This document shows, one piece after another, positions 36,520 through 48,810 of a stretch of DNA of 64,000 nt (position 1 is the first letter of the stretch; the number at the start of each line of letters is the position of its first letter). A program made the translations under genes and the position numbers. The DNA is from Chiloscyllium plagiosum (taxonomy: Eukaryota): contig NC_057718.1 of NCBI RefSeq assembly GCF_004010195.1, positions 69,495,098 through 69,559,097 on the forward strand, given 5' to 3'. The notes beneath the pieces were generated by a model. That model saw nothing but the letters and a program-made list of their open reading frames with translations, did not search any database and was not told the DNA's origin.

Positions 36520-39500
36520 TTTATTGAGACCTCCTTCTCAAATACATCTCCCAAGCTGAAGACTCCCCTAGATTCCCATAACTTAAAGCCAAAATCAATC
36601 AATCCTAGCCAAAATCCTGGTATTCCTACTATAGGGATGAGCGGGGAGGTCTTATGTAAATTACCCTTGCTCTGTCGCATCATTCTCCATGCTTTGACCG
36701 TGTTAATGACAATCAGATTTTTACAATACTCCGCAACAGTTCTCATCCTATCCATAAATAGCAGATTAATAAGGGGACATTTTGCCGGGAGGCCTCAATA
36801 TCAAGCCATATTGACCTTGGATCCTGACAAGCCCAATCACTCACATAAGACAATAAAGAACCTCTCTGATATCTTTTGAAGTCTGGGCAGCCTACCCCAC
36901 CCCAACCCCCCCACCCCCAAAAAAGTAGAAGAACCTCATCTGCATAGAGAGTGATTTTATACTCTCTTATTCCCACTTCTGGGGCAACTATTTTAGGGTC
37001 CTTCTGAATAGTTTCTGTCAGCGGCTCAATCACTGAAGTAAACAGCAGCGGCTAAAGGGGGCACCCTTGTCGGCTGCCTCCTCCAATACTAAAATTGTCT
37101 GATTTTATGCAATTCGCGAGCACCGCTGCTATGGGATCGCTGTACAACACTGCCATCTAGCTGGTGCATTTTCCCCCCACCCTCCAAAAGACTAAACCAT
37201 TCCAAAACATAAAAAAGGCACGGTCATTCCATCTGATCAAATGCATTTTCCGCATCTAAGGTGACTACCAAACCCAGGATCGCCCTTACTGGCATACCTT
37301 GACTATATTCAAAACTCTTCTGATGTTGTTAGAGGAGCTGTGACCCTTAATGAAACCAGTCTGGTCCTCCTTTACAATAGAGGGCAAAACCTTCTCCAGC
37401 CTCAATGCTAATGTTTTGGACAGAATTTTAAAATCCACATTTAGCAGTGAGATGGGTCTGCACGAGGCGCAGTCTTCAGGAACCTTCCTTCTCTTAAGAA
37501 TAAGGGAAATATTAGACTTCCTGAGAGAGGGTGGGACACAGTCCTGACTGTGCGAATAAGTATACATGCCCAGCATTGGCTCAGCCAACGTGTTTATAAA
37601 CTCCTTATAAAACTCACTCGGGAATCCATCCGGGCCAGGCGGTTTGCCACTTTGGAGCTGCCTTCCCATCCCTTGTATCTCGGGTGTTGTCAGAAGGGCA
37701 TTCAGAAGGGAGGCTTACTCCAAAGTTACACCTAGAAGATCCAAGTTCTCAATAAATGACTCCATCCTTGCCAACCCTACCTCATAGCCCTCCGACAGAT
37801 ATAACTCTGCATAAAATTTCCTAAGTGTTGCATTGATCCTTTTGGACTCACGAGTGGGAGTACCCGTACCCTCTCTAATAGACATGATAGGTTCAGGAAC
37901 ACTCTTCTTCCTGGCCAAATATACAAGTATCTACCTGGCTTATCATAGTGCTCAAATAGGTTTTGCTTCTCGGAGGAGATCTCTTTCTTCGTTGCCTGCA
38001 TCAGCCCAGAGTTCAGAGCAGCCCGGAGAGATGTAATCCATTGTAACTCAGTCACAGACAGTCTGTCAAAATATGCCATCTCGGCTGCCTTCAATCAGGC
38101 CTCAAGTATGCGCTGTTGCTCTCCCCTCTGTCTCTTCCGGGTCGCTGAGTATGAGATAATTATACTGCTTAAATAGGCCTTGGCAGTCTCTCAGAGCACA
38201 GATGGGTTACTGGCCATACCCGAATTAATATCCCAGAAAGTCTTGAATTCTCTTGTGAAATACTCAATGAACTTACTGTCTTTCAAAAGAAAAGGATCCA
38301 TCCGCCAATGCGGCGTATCTATCCTGTTACCCGATCTTAACCTCCAAATACCCTGCCAGATGGCCTGAGATGGCTATATTCCCAATCTTACAGGTTAGTA
38401 TCAAAACCAAAAAGGTCAGTGGGGCAAAAAAATATATCAATCCTTGTGTGGCACTTGTGCAGGTTGGAGAAGAACGTAAAATCCCTTCCCTTAGGGTGAA
38501 GACATCTCCACATATCCACCAACCCCATCTCCCAACATAGGTCCACCAACTGTTTGGATTGCAGGGAGATGCCCGGACGACCCCTTGGCATCCTATTCAC
38601 CTCGGAATCCATAATAAGACAGTTGACGTCTCCCCCTATAATTTTGTGGCTCACTCCAAAGGCCATCAGCCTGGAAGATGCATCAGTGAAAAATATAAAG
38701 GGACGTGCTGGGGGCGGGGGGGGGTGGGGGCAGTAAACATTCAATATACTCCCCATGTATTAGGGCTTTGAGGATCAGAAATTGCCCATGCTCATCCTTA
38801 ATTTGGTCTATCAACTGGAATGGTAGATTCTTCTATATTAGTATAGCACTCCTCTGCTTTTGGAATTAAAAGACGAGAAGAACACCCGTCCATCCCCTCC
38901 CTGCCATATCTTTACATGGTCCTTATCAAATGAGTTTCTTGTAGCAGAGCAACATCGAACCTCTCCTTTCTGAGACTCAAGAGAATTTTCTTTCTTTTAA
39001 CTGGTGAGTGACTCCCATTTATGTTCCAGGTGCACCATCTTAATGAACAGCGAGCCATAGCCGTCCAAAGCAGCCCATGACTCCCCAAGAGGAAGAACCC
39101 AACTCATAATGCGCTAAGTGTAGACAAGAAAAGATTCATGAGATCTAAAAAATACAACTACAAACACTATCAAAAAAATTATAATAATGACTCCTAAAAT
39201 AAACAAAACACAAATAACTGGAGACATTCCCCCTTGCCCATAGGGGGCACTCACCATACTCACTAACACCTCCGAGGCTCCTTCCAGCTGAAACCAACCC
39301 CAAACCCAGGCAAAACAGAAACAAAGAAAACATATATCTTATACACACAGAAATTAAAAGTGGGCATCCAACCCATCCCACCCATACATCGACCCCACTT
39401 GTTATCAATAAAAGAACTGACCGCTCCAATCAGAAAAAAGAGAGCTAAAAGGGACTAGCAAAGATATCAAGAAAGGGAAAGAAGAAACAACCCCATATGT

Positions 39501-40544
39501 TACAGGAACAAAGTCAGGCAAACAAAGTAAACAGGGAGAACAAAGGAAATAACATAGTCCATAGTATTTAACCCAAAAAATCTATTTTAAGTTATCTAGG
39601 AAATCCTTTGCCCTTTCCGCTGAATCAAAATTATGCATAGATCCTTCATGGCTGAAGAACAACACTGCAAGGTACCTTGGAGAATACTGATTGTTCAAGT
39701 ATTCTCAGCCTCTTCTTTACTTCATCATAAGTTTTCCTCTTTCTGATCACAGCCCCAGGAAAGTCCTGAAAAAGCATGATTTTCGGCCCCTTGTAGATCA
39801 GGGCTTGTGGGTCTTTCCCCAGCATTCTGGAAGCTTCCATAGCCATTTGTTTATCTGTGCAACACTGAAATTGTGCTAGGACTGGGCAGGGGCGCTGGTT
39901 TGATCCAGGCCTGTGCACCACGATCCGGTGAGCCCGCTCAACTCACACCTGGCCTGATTTGGCTTCCAGCCCCAAGAGCTGTGGGAGCCATTGCTCCAGG
40001 AAGCTGACCAGCTGACTTCCCTCCTCTCGCTCCAGTGATCCGATAATGTGGACATTTTTTCTCTGACCTCAATTCTTGGGGTCGTCAACTTGCTTGATCA
40101 AGGCCTGCACCTGTGTTTCCAGGGCTTGAATCCACCCTGCCAGTCTCTAACACCATGGTTCGCTGCTCCACCTCCTCCACGCGCTGCCCGAGATGTTGGA
40201 TCTCCTGCTCATTCTTTTGTAGCATGGCCGAGATTGGCTCCAGTCTGGTCCGGGACTCCTCCATTGCTGATTCAATCTTCTCTTGGAGTTTTATGAACTC
40301 TAGACCAAACTCTGTTGCTCGGGTGGGTTCAAAAAGCACCTCCGCAGGAATTGGTGCTGCAGATGTGGGTGTGTCCATTGCTGCAGGGGAGTGCCTGTGT
40401 GCTGTGATCCACGCAGCCCTTTTCTTTTAGTCATCTTTCCTAAACATTCAAAGTAAGGGGAGGGTGAAATCATCACTCTGCCTGGATTATGGTGCAGAGT
40501 CCAGCAAAGCAGACCTGTTAGATCATCGCCATCTTGAATTCCTC
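36520..40544 (-). mobile_element. L1-clade LINE with an intact 5' end and internally deleted ORF2
   Basis: Perfect 17-bp TSD cagttgtatgacacttt (36503-36519 and 40545-40561). ORF1 from ATG 40434 (coiled coil; RPCPVLAQF...KIMLFQDF). ORF2 from ATG 39058 (WCTWNING, IIGGDVNC, TRIDIFF, GKPPGPDGFPSEFYK, RPISLLNVDFKILSK, LYADEVLL). AATAAAAAA at the 3' junction. Confidence 0.93.
40527..40536 (-). promoter_or_regulatory. YY1-type motif CAAGATGGCG at +9..+18 of the L1 5' end
   Basis: The element starts GAGGAATTCAAGATGGCG. The motif matches the YY1 consensus and the position of the YY1 site in mammalian L1 promoters. Confidence 0.55.
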
Positions 40545-40561
40545 CAGTTGTATGACACTTT

Positions 40562-40945
40562 GATCTTTTACTATAAATTCTGTGTCCTCTGATCCTGCCT
40601 CGCTAGTTGCCTAATGAAGGAGCAGCACTCCAAAAGTTTGTGCTTCCAAATAAACCTGTTGGACTATAATCTGGTGTTGTGTGATTTTTAACTCAAATTA
40701 ATCAGATTATAGGTCACCCCTTCAGTTGCTATTCAGCTGTTGACACTTTACTCACACCATCTGATACTTCTGATTATCTGCAGAGATTTATTATTCAGCC
40801 ATTTGTATAATCTTCTGAGCTCTCTACCTATAAATTCTGTGCCTGTGTGTGTTTCTTCACTTCACCTGACGAAGGAGCAGAGCTCCGAAAGCTTGAGATT
40901 TCAAAACAAACCTGTTGGACTACAACCTGCTGTGACTTCTAACTT
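40562..40945 (+). mobile_element. Two Penelope-like family-B pLTR segments (40562-40692 and about 40700-40945)
   Basis: Both end in aaacctgttggacta.... 40700-40945 is an inverted counterpart of about 34330-34595. Confidence 0.85.
40862..40898 (+). ncRNA. Minimal hammerhead motif (intact core)
   Basis: UCAC-CUGACGA-A-GGAGC-AGA-GCUCC-GAA-AGCU-U^GAGA, with one mismatch in stem I. Confidence 0.72.
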
Positions 40946-40949
40946 TAAA

Positions 40950-42210
40950 CATAGAAACAGAAAATAGGAGTAGGGGTAGGCCATTTGGTCTTTGGAACCT
41001 ATTCCGCCATTCATTATTATCATGGCTGATCAAACAACTCAATAGCCCATTTCTGCTTTCCACCCATATTCTCTGATCTCTTTAGTGTCAAGGATGATGT
41101 TCAACTCCTTCTTGAAATCATACACATTTTGGCCTCAACTGCTGATAGTGAATTCCACCAGCCTTAATATGTAGAGCATTCACAATAAAGCGGATGAGTT
41201 AATTGTGCAAATAGATGAAGCAGATGTGATATATTTGGGATTTATGAGACATGGTTGCAGGGTGACCAGAGATGGGAACTGAATATCTAAAGTAAGTAAT
41301 CTAAAACCTGAAAGTGCAGCTTTTCAACATTTCTTGTCCCAGTCCCATTATGATTTCTCTGTCTACTGCTTTGCTTATTCTCCTTTGTTTTTTGTACCTG
41401 TTCTTGATTTCCCTTTCTTTGACTCCTTGCATAGATGCCCATCACTCTGCCATTTTAGTTTAAAGCCTTCCTAATCACTCCCAAATATTTCCTGAGGACA
41501 TCAGTCCGAGTCCTGCTCAGCTGTAACCCATCTAGTTTGTACTGGTCCCACTTTCAGGAATCTGAAACCCTCCCCAGTATCATCTCTTCAACTACATATT
41601 CATCTGATATATTCCACTTCTACTGTAAATAACACATGGCACTGTTAATAATCCTACCTTTAAATTTTAACATGCTTCCTAACTCCCTATAGTCTGCTTT
41701 TAGGAATTCATCCATGTTTTTTACCGATGCAATTTTTACCAATGTGTACCATGACATCTTCACATGCCAACTCCAGAATGGCCAGTAGCTGCTCTGAGTC
41801 ATCCTTGAGCCAAGCAACACAGCGGCAACATACCATCCTGGAGCCTTATTTGCCACCATAGAAACACCTGTCTGTTTCTCATAACTGAATCCCCTATAAC
41901 TATTGCATTCCCACACTTCTTACTCCTGTTCCCTGTTCAGCAGAGCCAACTGTGGTGCAACACATGTGGCAGTTGCTGTTTTCCTCTGTGAGACCATTCC
42001 TCCTCAACAATATCCAAAGATGTACGCCTGTTTTGAAGAGGGACAACCACAGGAGATTCAAATACCACCTGCCTAGTTTTCTTGCTCTAAGGTGGTCACT
42101 CATTCCTTCCTGCCTTGGAGTCTTAGGCTGCAGTATGACTATCTCCCTATATGTGCTATCTACAATATTCTCTACCTCACAGCTGCATCATATTGTCCCC
42201 TGCCGCTAAG
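40950..42210. mobile_element. Mosaic of old CR1 fragments (minus-strand tail, plus-strand endonuclease piece, minus-strand ORF1)
   Basis: gagacatggttgcagggtgacc (ETWLQG) at about 41245. Minus-strand esterase remnant KADYRELGSMLK. Confidence 0.7.
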
Positions 42211-42668
42211 TCCTTGAGAAGTACAAAAGATGGAAAAGGCTTCAGTGATATTCCAAATACCACAGCATGTTATCCTAGCCTTGCATAGATCACCAAGAGA
42301 GGCATGGTTAGCATACAATGCAAAATTCAGAGGGACCCAAAAGTTTTTAAAAAATTGAAGAATTAGCTCATTGCAATAGATTTACAGAAGAGTGCCAAGG
42401 ATTTTGGAGGTTTATAGTTCAATCTTATGAAGTGAGCTTCACAGAAACAAAGTTTTTATAGGAGAATGTGAATGAAGAGAGCTAAAGATGAATACAAAAC
42501 TTAAAAGCACAAAACAACACACAAAACAAACAATTTTCGGTGAAGTAAATTAGGACCCTTAAGGATAGATAATGAAGATCACAAAGCATTACCTTAATAT
42601 TAAAATTCAGCACTATAAGGACCATGGAAATACCAAACTTGAGGCAATAACTAATTATAATGAATTTT

Positions 42669-42988
42669 GATTAGATTAGATTACCTACAGTGTGGAAACA
42701 GGCTCTTCGGCCCAACAAATCCACACTGACCCTCCGAAGAGCAACCCACCCAGATCCATTCCTCTACATTTACTCCTGACTAATGCATCTAACACTATGG
42801 GCAATTTAACATGGCCACCTCACTTGACCTGCACACGTTTGGACTGTGGGAGGAAACTGGAGCACCCAGAGGAAACCCACGCAGACACGGGGAGAATGTG
42901 CAAACTCCACACAGACAGTTGCCTGAGGCGGGAATTGAACCCGGGTCCCTGGCGCTGTGACCAGCAGTGTCATTGAGCCACTGTGCCA
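42669..42988 (-). mobile_element. HE1 / V-SINE
   Basis: (gatta)n tail, V-domain, B-box gggttcaattccc and A-box tggctcaatg on the minus strand. Confidence 0.93.
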
Positions 42989-43963
42989 TGGTATAATAAA
43001 ATAATGATCTGCAGATGTTGGAAATCTAAAACAAAAACAGAAATTGCTGGAGAAACACAGGTGGCCTGCCAGCATCTGTGGATAGAAAAACAGACACATT
43101 TCTTTAGAACTGGACTTAAAATTTCTGGATAGTATTTCCCAACAGAAGAAATGAACCTGAACCAGTGCTGGGAACTTTTTTTCTTTTTATTCATTCATAG
43201 GATATGGGTGTCACTGGCTGATTAGCATTTTTTGCTCGTCCCTAGTTGCCCTTTAGAAGGTGGTGAGGAACTACCTTCTTGAACTACTGCAGTTCACCTG
43301 CAATCAGCAAAAAAACCCAACAGATTAAAGTGGCAGTAGAAAGTGAGCAGGAGTGTTGTTGAGAAAAGTGAGTTTAGAAGAGGAAGGCAAGTACAGCAAG
43401 AATTACAGTGGGAATAAAAGTATGGCAGCAGCCAAATCTCACAAGAAGGTTCCAGAAAGAGTAACTCAAAACAGGCAGTAATTCAAAGACTGAAGCCAAA
43501 ATAAAGTCAGAAAGAATGCAGTGAGGAAGGAGAGGCCAAACCTGAGGGATCTAGCACTATGATCAAGGATAAGAATTGAAGCAAGCATCTCACATCAAAG
43601 AGAAGGAACTACAAAAAAAATGAATTGGTCCTAAAAGGAGTGAAGTTTTAAATGTAAACAATGTTTTTAGAAAGTTTAAATTTGTTTCTTGATAAGATCA
43701 GCACGCTTAACAAACAAAAAGGAAGACATCTCAGCCCTATACAATACACATTCAGATGCATGTGTGTGTGCATGCATGTGAATTCCAGGATACTTTTTGT
43801 GCATGAAAATATTTTCTTTTATACACTGTGAATGGTTCAGACCTGTAAATAACTGACTGGGACTGTGGTGGGGCTAATTCCATTGTGACCTTTTAGAAGG
43901 GAATTGGAGAACTGAACTGAAATGAATTGCAGGGCTACAGAAAAAGGGCAGATCAGTGAGAAT

Positions 43964-44174
43964 AGGAGAAAGTGGAGACTGTAGATGTTGGAGATCAGAG
44001 TTGAGAGTGTGGTGCAGAAGAAGTCGCACACTCAGCACACGCCTCTTCTCCACCATATCGGACACAAAAGAACATAGCCATTCCTGATGAAGGGCTTATG
44101 CACGAAACGTCGATTCTCCTGCTACTCAGATGCTGCCTGACTAGCTGTGCTTTTCTAGCACTACACTCTTGACT
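43964..44174. mobile_element. Penelope-like inverted pLTR insertion (family A) with a hammerhead motif at 44084-44111 (+)
   Basis: 15-bp TSD cagatcagtgagaat (43949-43963 and 44175-44189). CUGAUGA-A-GGGC-UUAU-GCAC-GAA-ACGU-C: core intact, one stem II mismatch. Confidence 0.87.
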
Positions 44175-46206
44175 CAGATCAGTGAGAATGACTGAGTTAC
44201 ACCTGCACACACAATCTCCTCTATGCTGATTGGTAATTATGATCACAAGAGAGGGAGATGCTGGCAGACTATACACAAGGATAGTAATGTCATACTACAC
44301 TCCAGCCACAATACATTGTCGGTGGCAAAGAACAGTCAATAAATCCTATAATTTGTGGGGCAGCACAATGTGAAAAAACAAGACCATGAATGCTGACTAA
44401 TTGTTGAAAATGCTTATTCTGGTGTCTTTCAAGAAACTTATTACCTCCATTTGGTTCTAATTCGATACTTTGTGATTGACTTTTAAACCCCTTTAGGCAA
44501 ACTATGCATGGAAAGAGATGCGCATTTTTAATATTTTCAGGTCATTCAGGCTTATGGTTAATAAAAGAAGTTTGATTTGTTAACTGCTGCTGAAATAGTG
44601 GGAAAAGTAGCAACCACCTACAGGGGAGGGGCAGACAGGTAGTGCAGGAGTCCCCTGTGGCTATTCTGCTATCAAACAAGTATACTATTTTGGATACAGT
44701 TTAGGGGAATGGCCTCTTAGGGGAAGGCAGCAACAGCCAGATCAGTGGTGCCACAATTGACACTCCCTGTTGTATAACAATGCCAAAGTGCAGATGAGCA
44801 ATAGTGGTAAGGAATTCTATAGTCAGGGGCATGGATAAACACTCTTGTGGCTATGAGTGAGAGTCCAGGATGATGTGTTGCCTCGCTGCTGCCAGAGTCT
44901 CTGAGCAGGCATAGACATTATGAAAGGGGAGGATGAACAGCCAGAGGCCAAGGTCCATATTGATATAACTAGAGAGAGATGTAGTCCTGCAAAAGGAATT
45001 CATCGAGTTAGGTAGAAACCTGAAAAGCAGAATCTCTAGAATTGTAATCTTAGCCTTACTCCCTATGTCACTTGCTAGCAAGGTCAGAAATAGAAGTCAA
45101 CACAGTTGAATGCTTGGCTAAACAGCTGATATAGGAGAGAAGACTTCAGATTATCTGAACCATTGGGATACCTTTCAGGACATTAGGGACCTGTACAAGG
45201 AGGACAGGTTGCCCCTAAGCTGGAGGGACACCAATATTCTTAGTGCTTTGCATGTGACACTCTGGAATATTTGAACTAATGTGACAGGGGTATGGGAAAC
45301 AGCAGTAGGTAAGCATGTGGAGTGACTGAGCAGAAGGTACATGTTGAATGAAGTGTATTAGGAAGAATAGGCAAGGCCAGGTTAATGGACACAGCAGGAC
45401 TGACAGTCTGAAGTGTATTTACTTTAATGCAAGGAGTGTAACAATTTAAGGCAGGGTAAAAACAATGACTGGAGATGCTGGAAACCATCTTTTGGCATCC
45501 CCTGGATGCCAAAAGATATTGAAAGTTTAGCAAAATGGTAAAGAAAGCATATGTAACGTTTAGGAAATTGAACTCAGACATGTCCTTGAGGATATAAAGG
45601 AAGCAAGACAGAACATAAACAATAAATTAGGAGGGCTAGATGAGGCCATAACATGTCCCTGGTGGTAGAATTAAGGAGAATCCCAAGGCATTTTACACGT
45701 ATACTAAGAGCAAGAGGGTAGGTGGTGAAAGGATAAGTCCACTCAACGGCATAAGGGGAAATGTGTGTACGAAGCCAGAGGAACTGGGGGAGGTCCTTAA
45801 TGAATATTTAACATTGGCATTCATCAAGGTGAAGAACATGGATGATGGCAAGATTAGGGCAGGGCATATTGATATCTTAGGGCATGTCAAGGAGATAGTG
45901 GTATTGGGTGTCTTGAAAACATTAAGGTAAATAAAGTCCCCAGGGCCTATTGGATTCTATCCAAGGATACTGAAGGAGGCAAGGGAAGAGACTGCTGGGA
46001 CTTTGACAGAGATCTTTGTGTCCCCTTTAGCCACAGGCAAGATCCCAGAAGACTGGAGAACAGTCAATGTTATTCCTTTGTTTAAGACAGTCAACAGGGA
46101 CAATGCTAGAAATTATAGGCTGGTGAGCCTGCCATCAGTGGTCTGGAAATTATTGGAGAATATTCTTAGTGACAAGATTTACTTGCATTTGCAAAAGAAT
46201 GGACTT

Positions 46207-47368
46207 GGAGTCATAGAGATGTATAGGACGGAAATAGACCCTTCAATCCAACTAGACCAAGCTGACCAGATATCCCAACCCAATCTAGTCCCTTTTGCGA
46301 GCACTTGGCCCATATCCTCTAAACACTTCCTATTCATATATCCATCCAGATGCCTTTTAAATGTTGCAATTGTACCAGACTCCACCACTTCCTCTAGCAG
46401 CTCATTCCATACAAACACCACCTTCTGCAAGAAAAGGTTGTCCCTTATGTCCCTTTTATATCTTTTCCCTCTCACCTTAAACCTATGCTGTCTAGTTCTG
46501 GACTTGCCCACCCCAGGGAAAAGACTTTGTCTATTTATCCTATCCATGCTCCTCTATAAACCTCTATAAGGTCACCCGTCAGCCTCCAACCTTCCAAGGA
46601 AAACAGCCCCAGCCTATTCAGCCTCTCCTTATAGCTCAAATCCTCCAACCCTGGCAACATCCTTGTAAATCTTTTCTGAACCCTTTCAAGTTTCACAACA
46701 TCCTTTTGATAGGAAGGAGACCAGAATTGCACACAATATTCCAAAAGTGACCTAACCAATGTCCTGTACAACCATAACATGACCTCCCAACTCCTATATT
46801 CAATGCTCTGACCAATAATGGAAAGCATACCAAATGCCTTCTTCACTATCCTATCTACATACAACTCTACTTTCAAGGAGCTATGAACCTGCACACCAAG
46901 ATCTCTTTGTTCAGCAACATTCCTTAAGACCTTTCCTTTAAGTGTAAAAGTCCTGCTCTGACTTGCTTTCCCAAAATTCAGCACCTCGCATTTATCTAAA
47001 TTAAACTCAATCTGCCACTTCTCAGCCAATTGGCCCATCTGATCAAGATCCCATTGTAATCTGAGGTAACCTTCTTCACTGTCCACTACACTTCTAATTT
47101 TGGTGTCATCTGCAAACTTACTAACTATACCTCCTATATTTATATCCAAATCCTTTATATAAATGATGAAACATAGTGGACCCAGCACCCATTCTTGTGG
47201 CATACCACTGGTCACAAGTCTCCAGTCTGAAAAACAACCCTCCACCATCACCCTCTGTCTTCTACCTTTGAGCCAATTCTGTATCCAAATGGCTGGTCCT
47301 CCCTGTATTCCATGAGATCTAACCTTGCTAACCAGTCTCCCATGGGGAACCTTGTCCAATGCCTTACT
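46207..47368 (-). mobile_element. 5'-truncated CR1 (RT C-half to tail) nested in the older CR1
   Basis: 274-aa open RT segment at 46535-47359 (DKVPHGRL...SKFADDTK...KCEVLNFG). Flanked by a gactt direct repeat at 46202-46206 and 47369-47373. Confidence 0.92.
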
Positions 47369-47440
47369 GACTTATGAGGGATAGACAGCCTCGATTTAAG
47401 CCGGAAGGTCTTGTCTTACAAATTTGAGTTGTTTGAGGAA

Positions 47441-47543
47441 GTTATAGGGGTAAATGTAGGGGAATGGGTCTGGGTGGGTGCGCTTTGGCGGGTCGGTGTG
47501 GACTTGTTGGGCCGAAGGGCCTGTTTCCACACTGTAAGTAATC
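47441..47543 (+). mobile_element. 3' fragment of an HE1 SINE
   Basis: ggggaatgggtctgggtggg...ttgggccgaagggcctgtttccacactgta. Confidence 0.85.
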
Positions 47544-48551
47544 TTGACTAAAGTATTTGACAAGGTGCCTCATAGCAGGCTGAATCCATGGTGAGTTGGT
47601 AAGTTGGATACAAAACTGGCTTAACCATAGGTCAATGGTGTTTCACAAGGATCCGTTATAGGATCTTTGTTTTTTTTTAATGTATAAAATGTAAGTGGTC
47701 TGATTAGTAAGTTTATAGATGACATAAAAATTGATGCAGTTGTGGATAGTGAGGAAGGTTGTCAAAGCAAACAGCAGGAAAGTTGGGCAGAGAAGTGACA
47801 GTTGAGAATTTAATCCAGACATGTGTGAGATGATGCATTTTGGGAGGTCAAATACAAGAAGAAAGTATACAGCAAATGGCAGGTGTCTTAGAAGCACTGA
47901 TATGCAGAAGGATCCTGAGTGCAAGTCCATAACTGTCTGAAAGTCGCAACACAAGTGGATAAAATGATAAAGGTGGTGTCCGGCATGCTTGCCTTCAGCA
48001 TTCAGGGCATTGAGTATGAAGGTTCGGAGTATTGCGTGAAGTTCTGGTTGCAACGCTATAGGACGGATGTGAAGGCTTCAGAGAGGGTGCGGAAGAGGTT
48101 TACCAATTGCCTGTATTAGATTGTATTAACTATAAGGAGAGGGTGGACAAACTTGGATCAGTTTTGGTAGACCATCAGAGGCTGAGAGGTGACCTGACAG
48201 AAGTACATAAAATTGTGATAGGCATGGGTAGGGTGGATGGTTAGAAATGTCAAATACTAGGGGGCATACATTTAAGGTGAGAGTGTAAGAGTTCAAAGGA
48301 GATTGGTGAGAAATTTTATTTTTTACAAAGAGGGTGGTAAGTGCCTGCAACACGTTGCCAGGGAAGATGGTAGAAGCAGATGCGTTATCAAAGTTTAAGA
48401 GACATCTAAACAGAAACATGAACAGACAGGACATAGAAGAATACAGACCATATGCTGACAGATAAGATTAGCTTAAAATGGCATCATGGTTGGTGAAGAT
48501 ATGGCAGGCCAATGTGTCTATTCCTGTGCTGTGCTGTTCTAAGATATAGAT

Positions 48552-48810
48552 ATAGAATCCCTACTGTGTAGGGCCCTTTGGTCCAACAAGTCCACATCAA
48601 CCCTCTGAAGAGTAACCTACCCAGACCCATTCCCCTACCCTATTATTCTACATTTATCCCTGACTAATGCACGTAACCTACACATCCCTGAACACTATGG
48701 ATAGTTTAGTATGGCCAATTCACCTAACCTGCACATCTTTGTACTGTGGAAGGAAACCGGAGCAACCAGAGGAAACCCATGCAGACACAAGGAGACTGTG
48801 CACGGGGAGA
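48552..48810 (-). mobile_element. 5'-truncated HE1 / V-SINE
   Basis: atagaatccctact...ccaacaagtccac...ggccaattcacctaacctgcacatc...ggaaacc. Confidence 0.88.

Larger units (their letters stand above)
44615..48540 (+). mobile_element. Old, heavily deleted CR1 LINE hosting younger insertions
   Basis: ORF1 linker (gtagtgcaggagtcccctgtggctatt...aacaagtat), esterase, RT (IPEDWRTVNVIPLFK...NYRLVSL) and tail at about 48540. Confidence 0.82.

Noticed and set aside
46535..47359. 274-aa open RT segment as a functional or domesticated gene
   Set aside because: It is a 5'-truncated copy with substitutions in conserved motifs (QGS to QEW). An open stretch of this length is expected in a young CR1.
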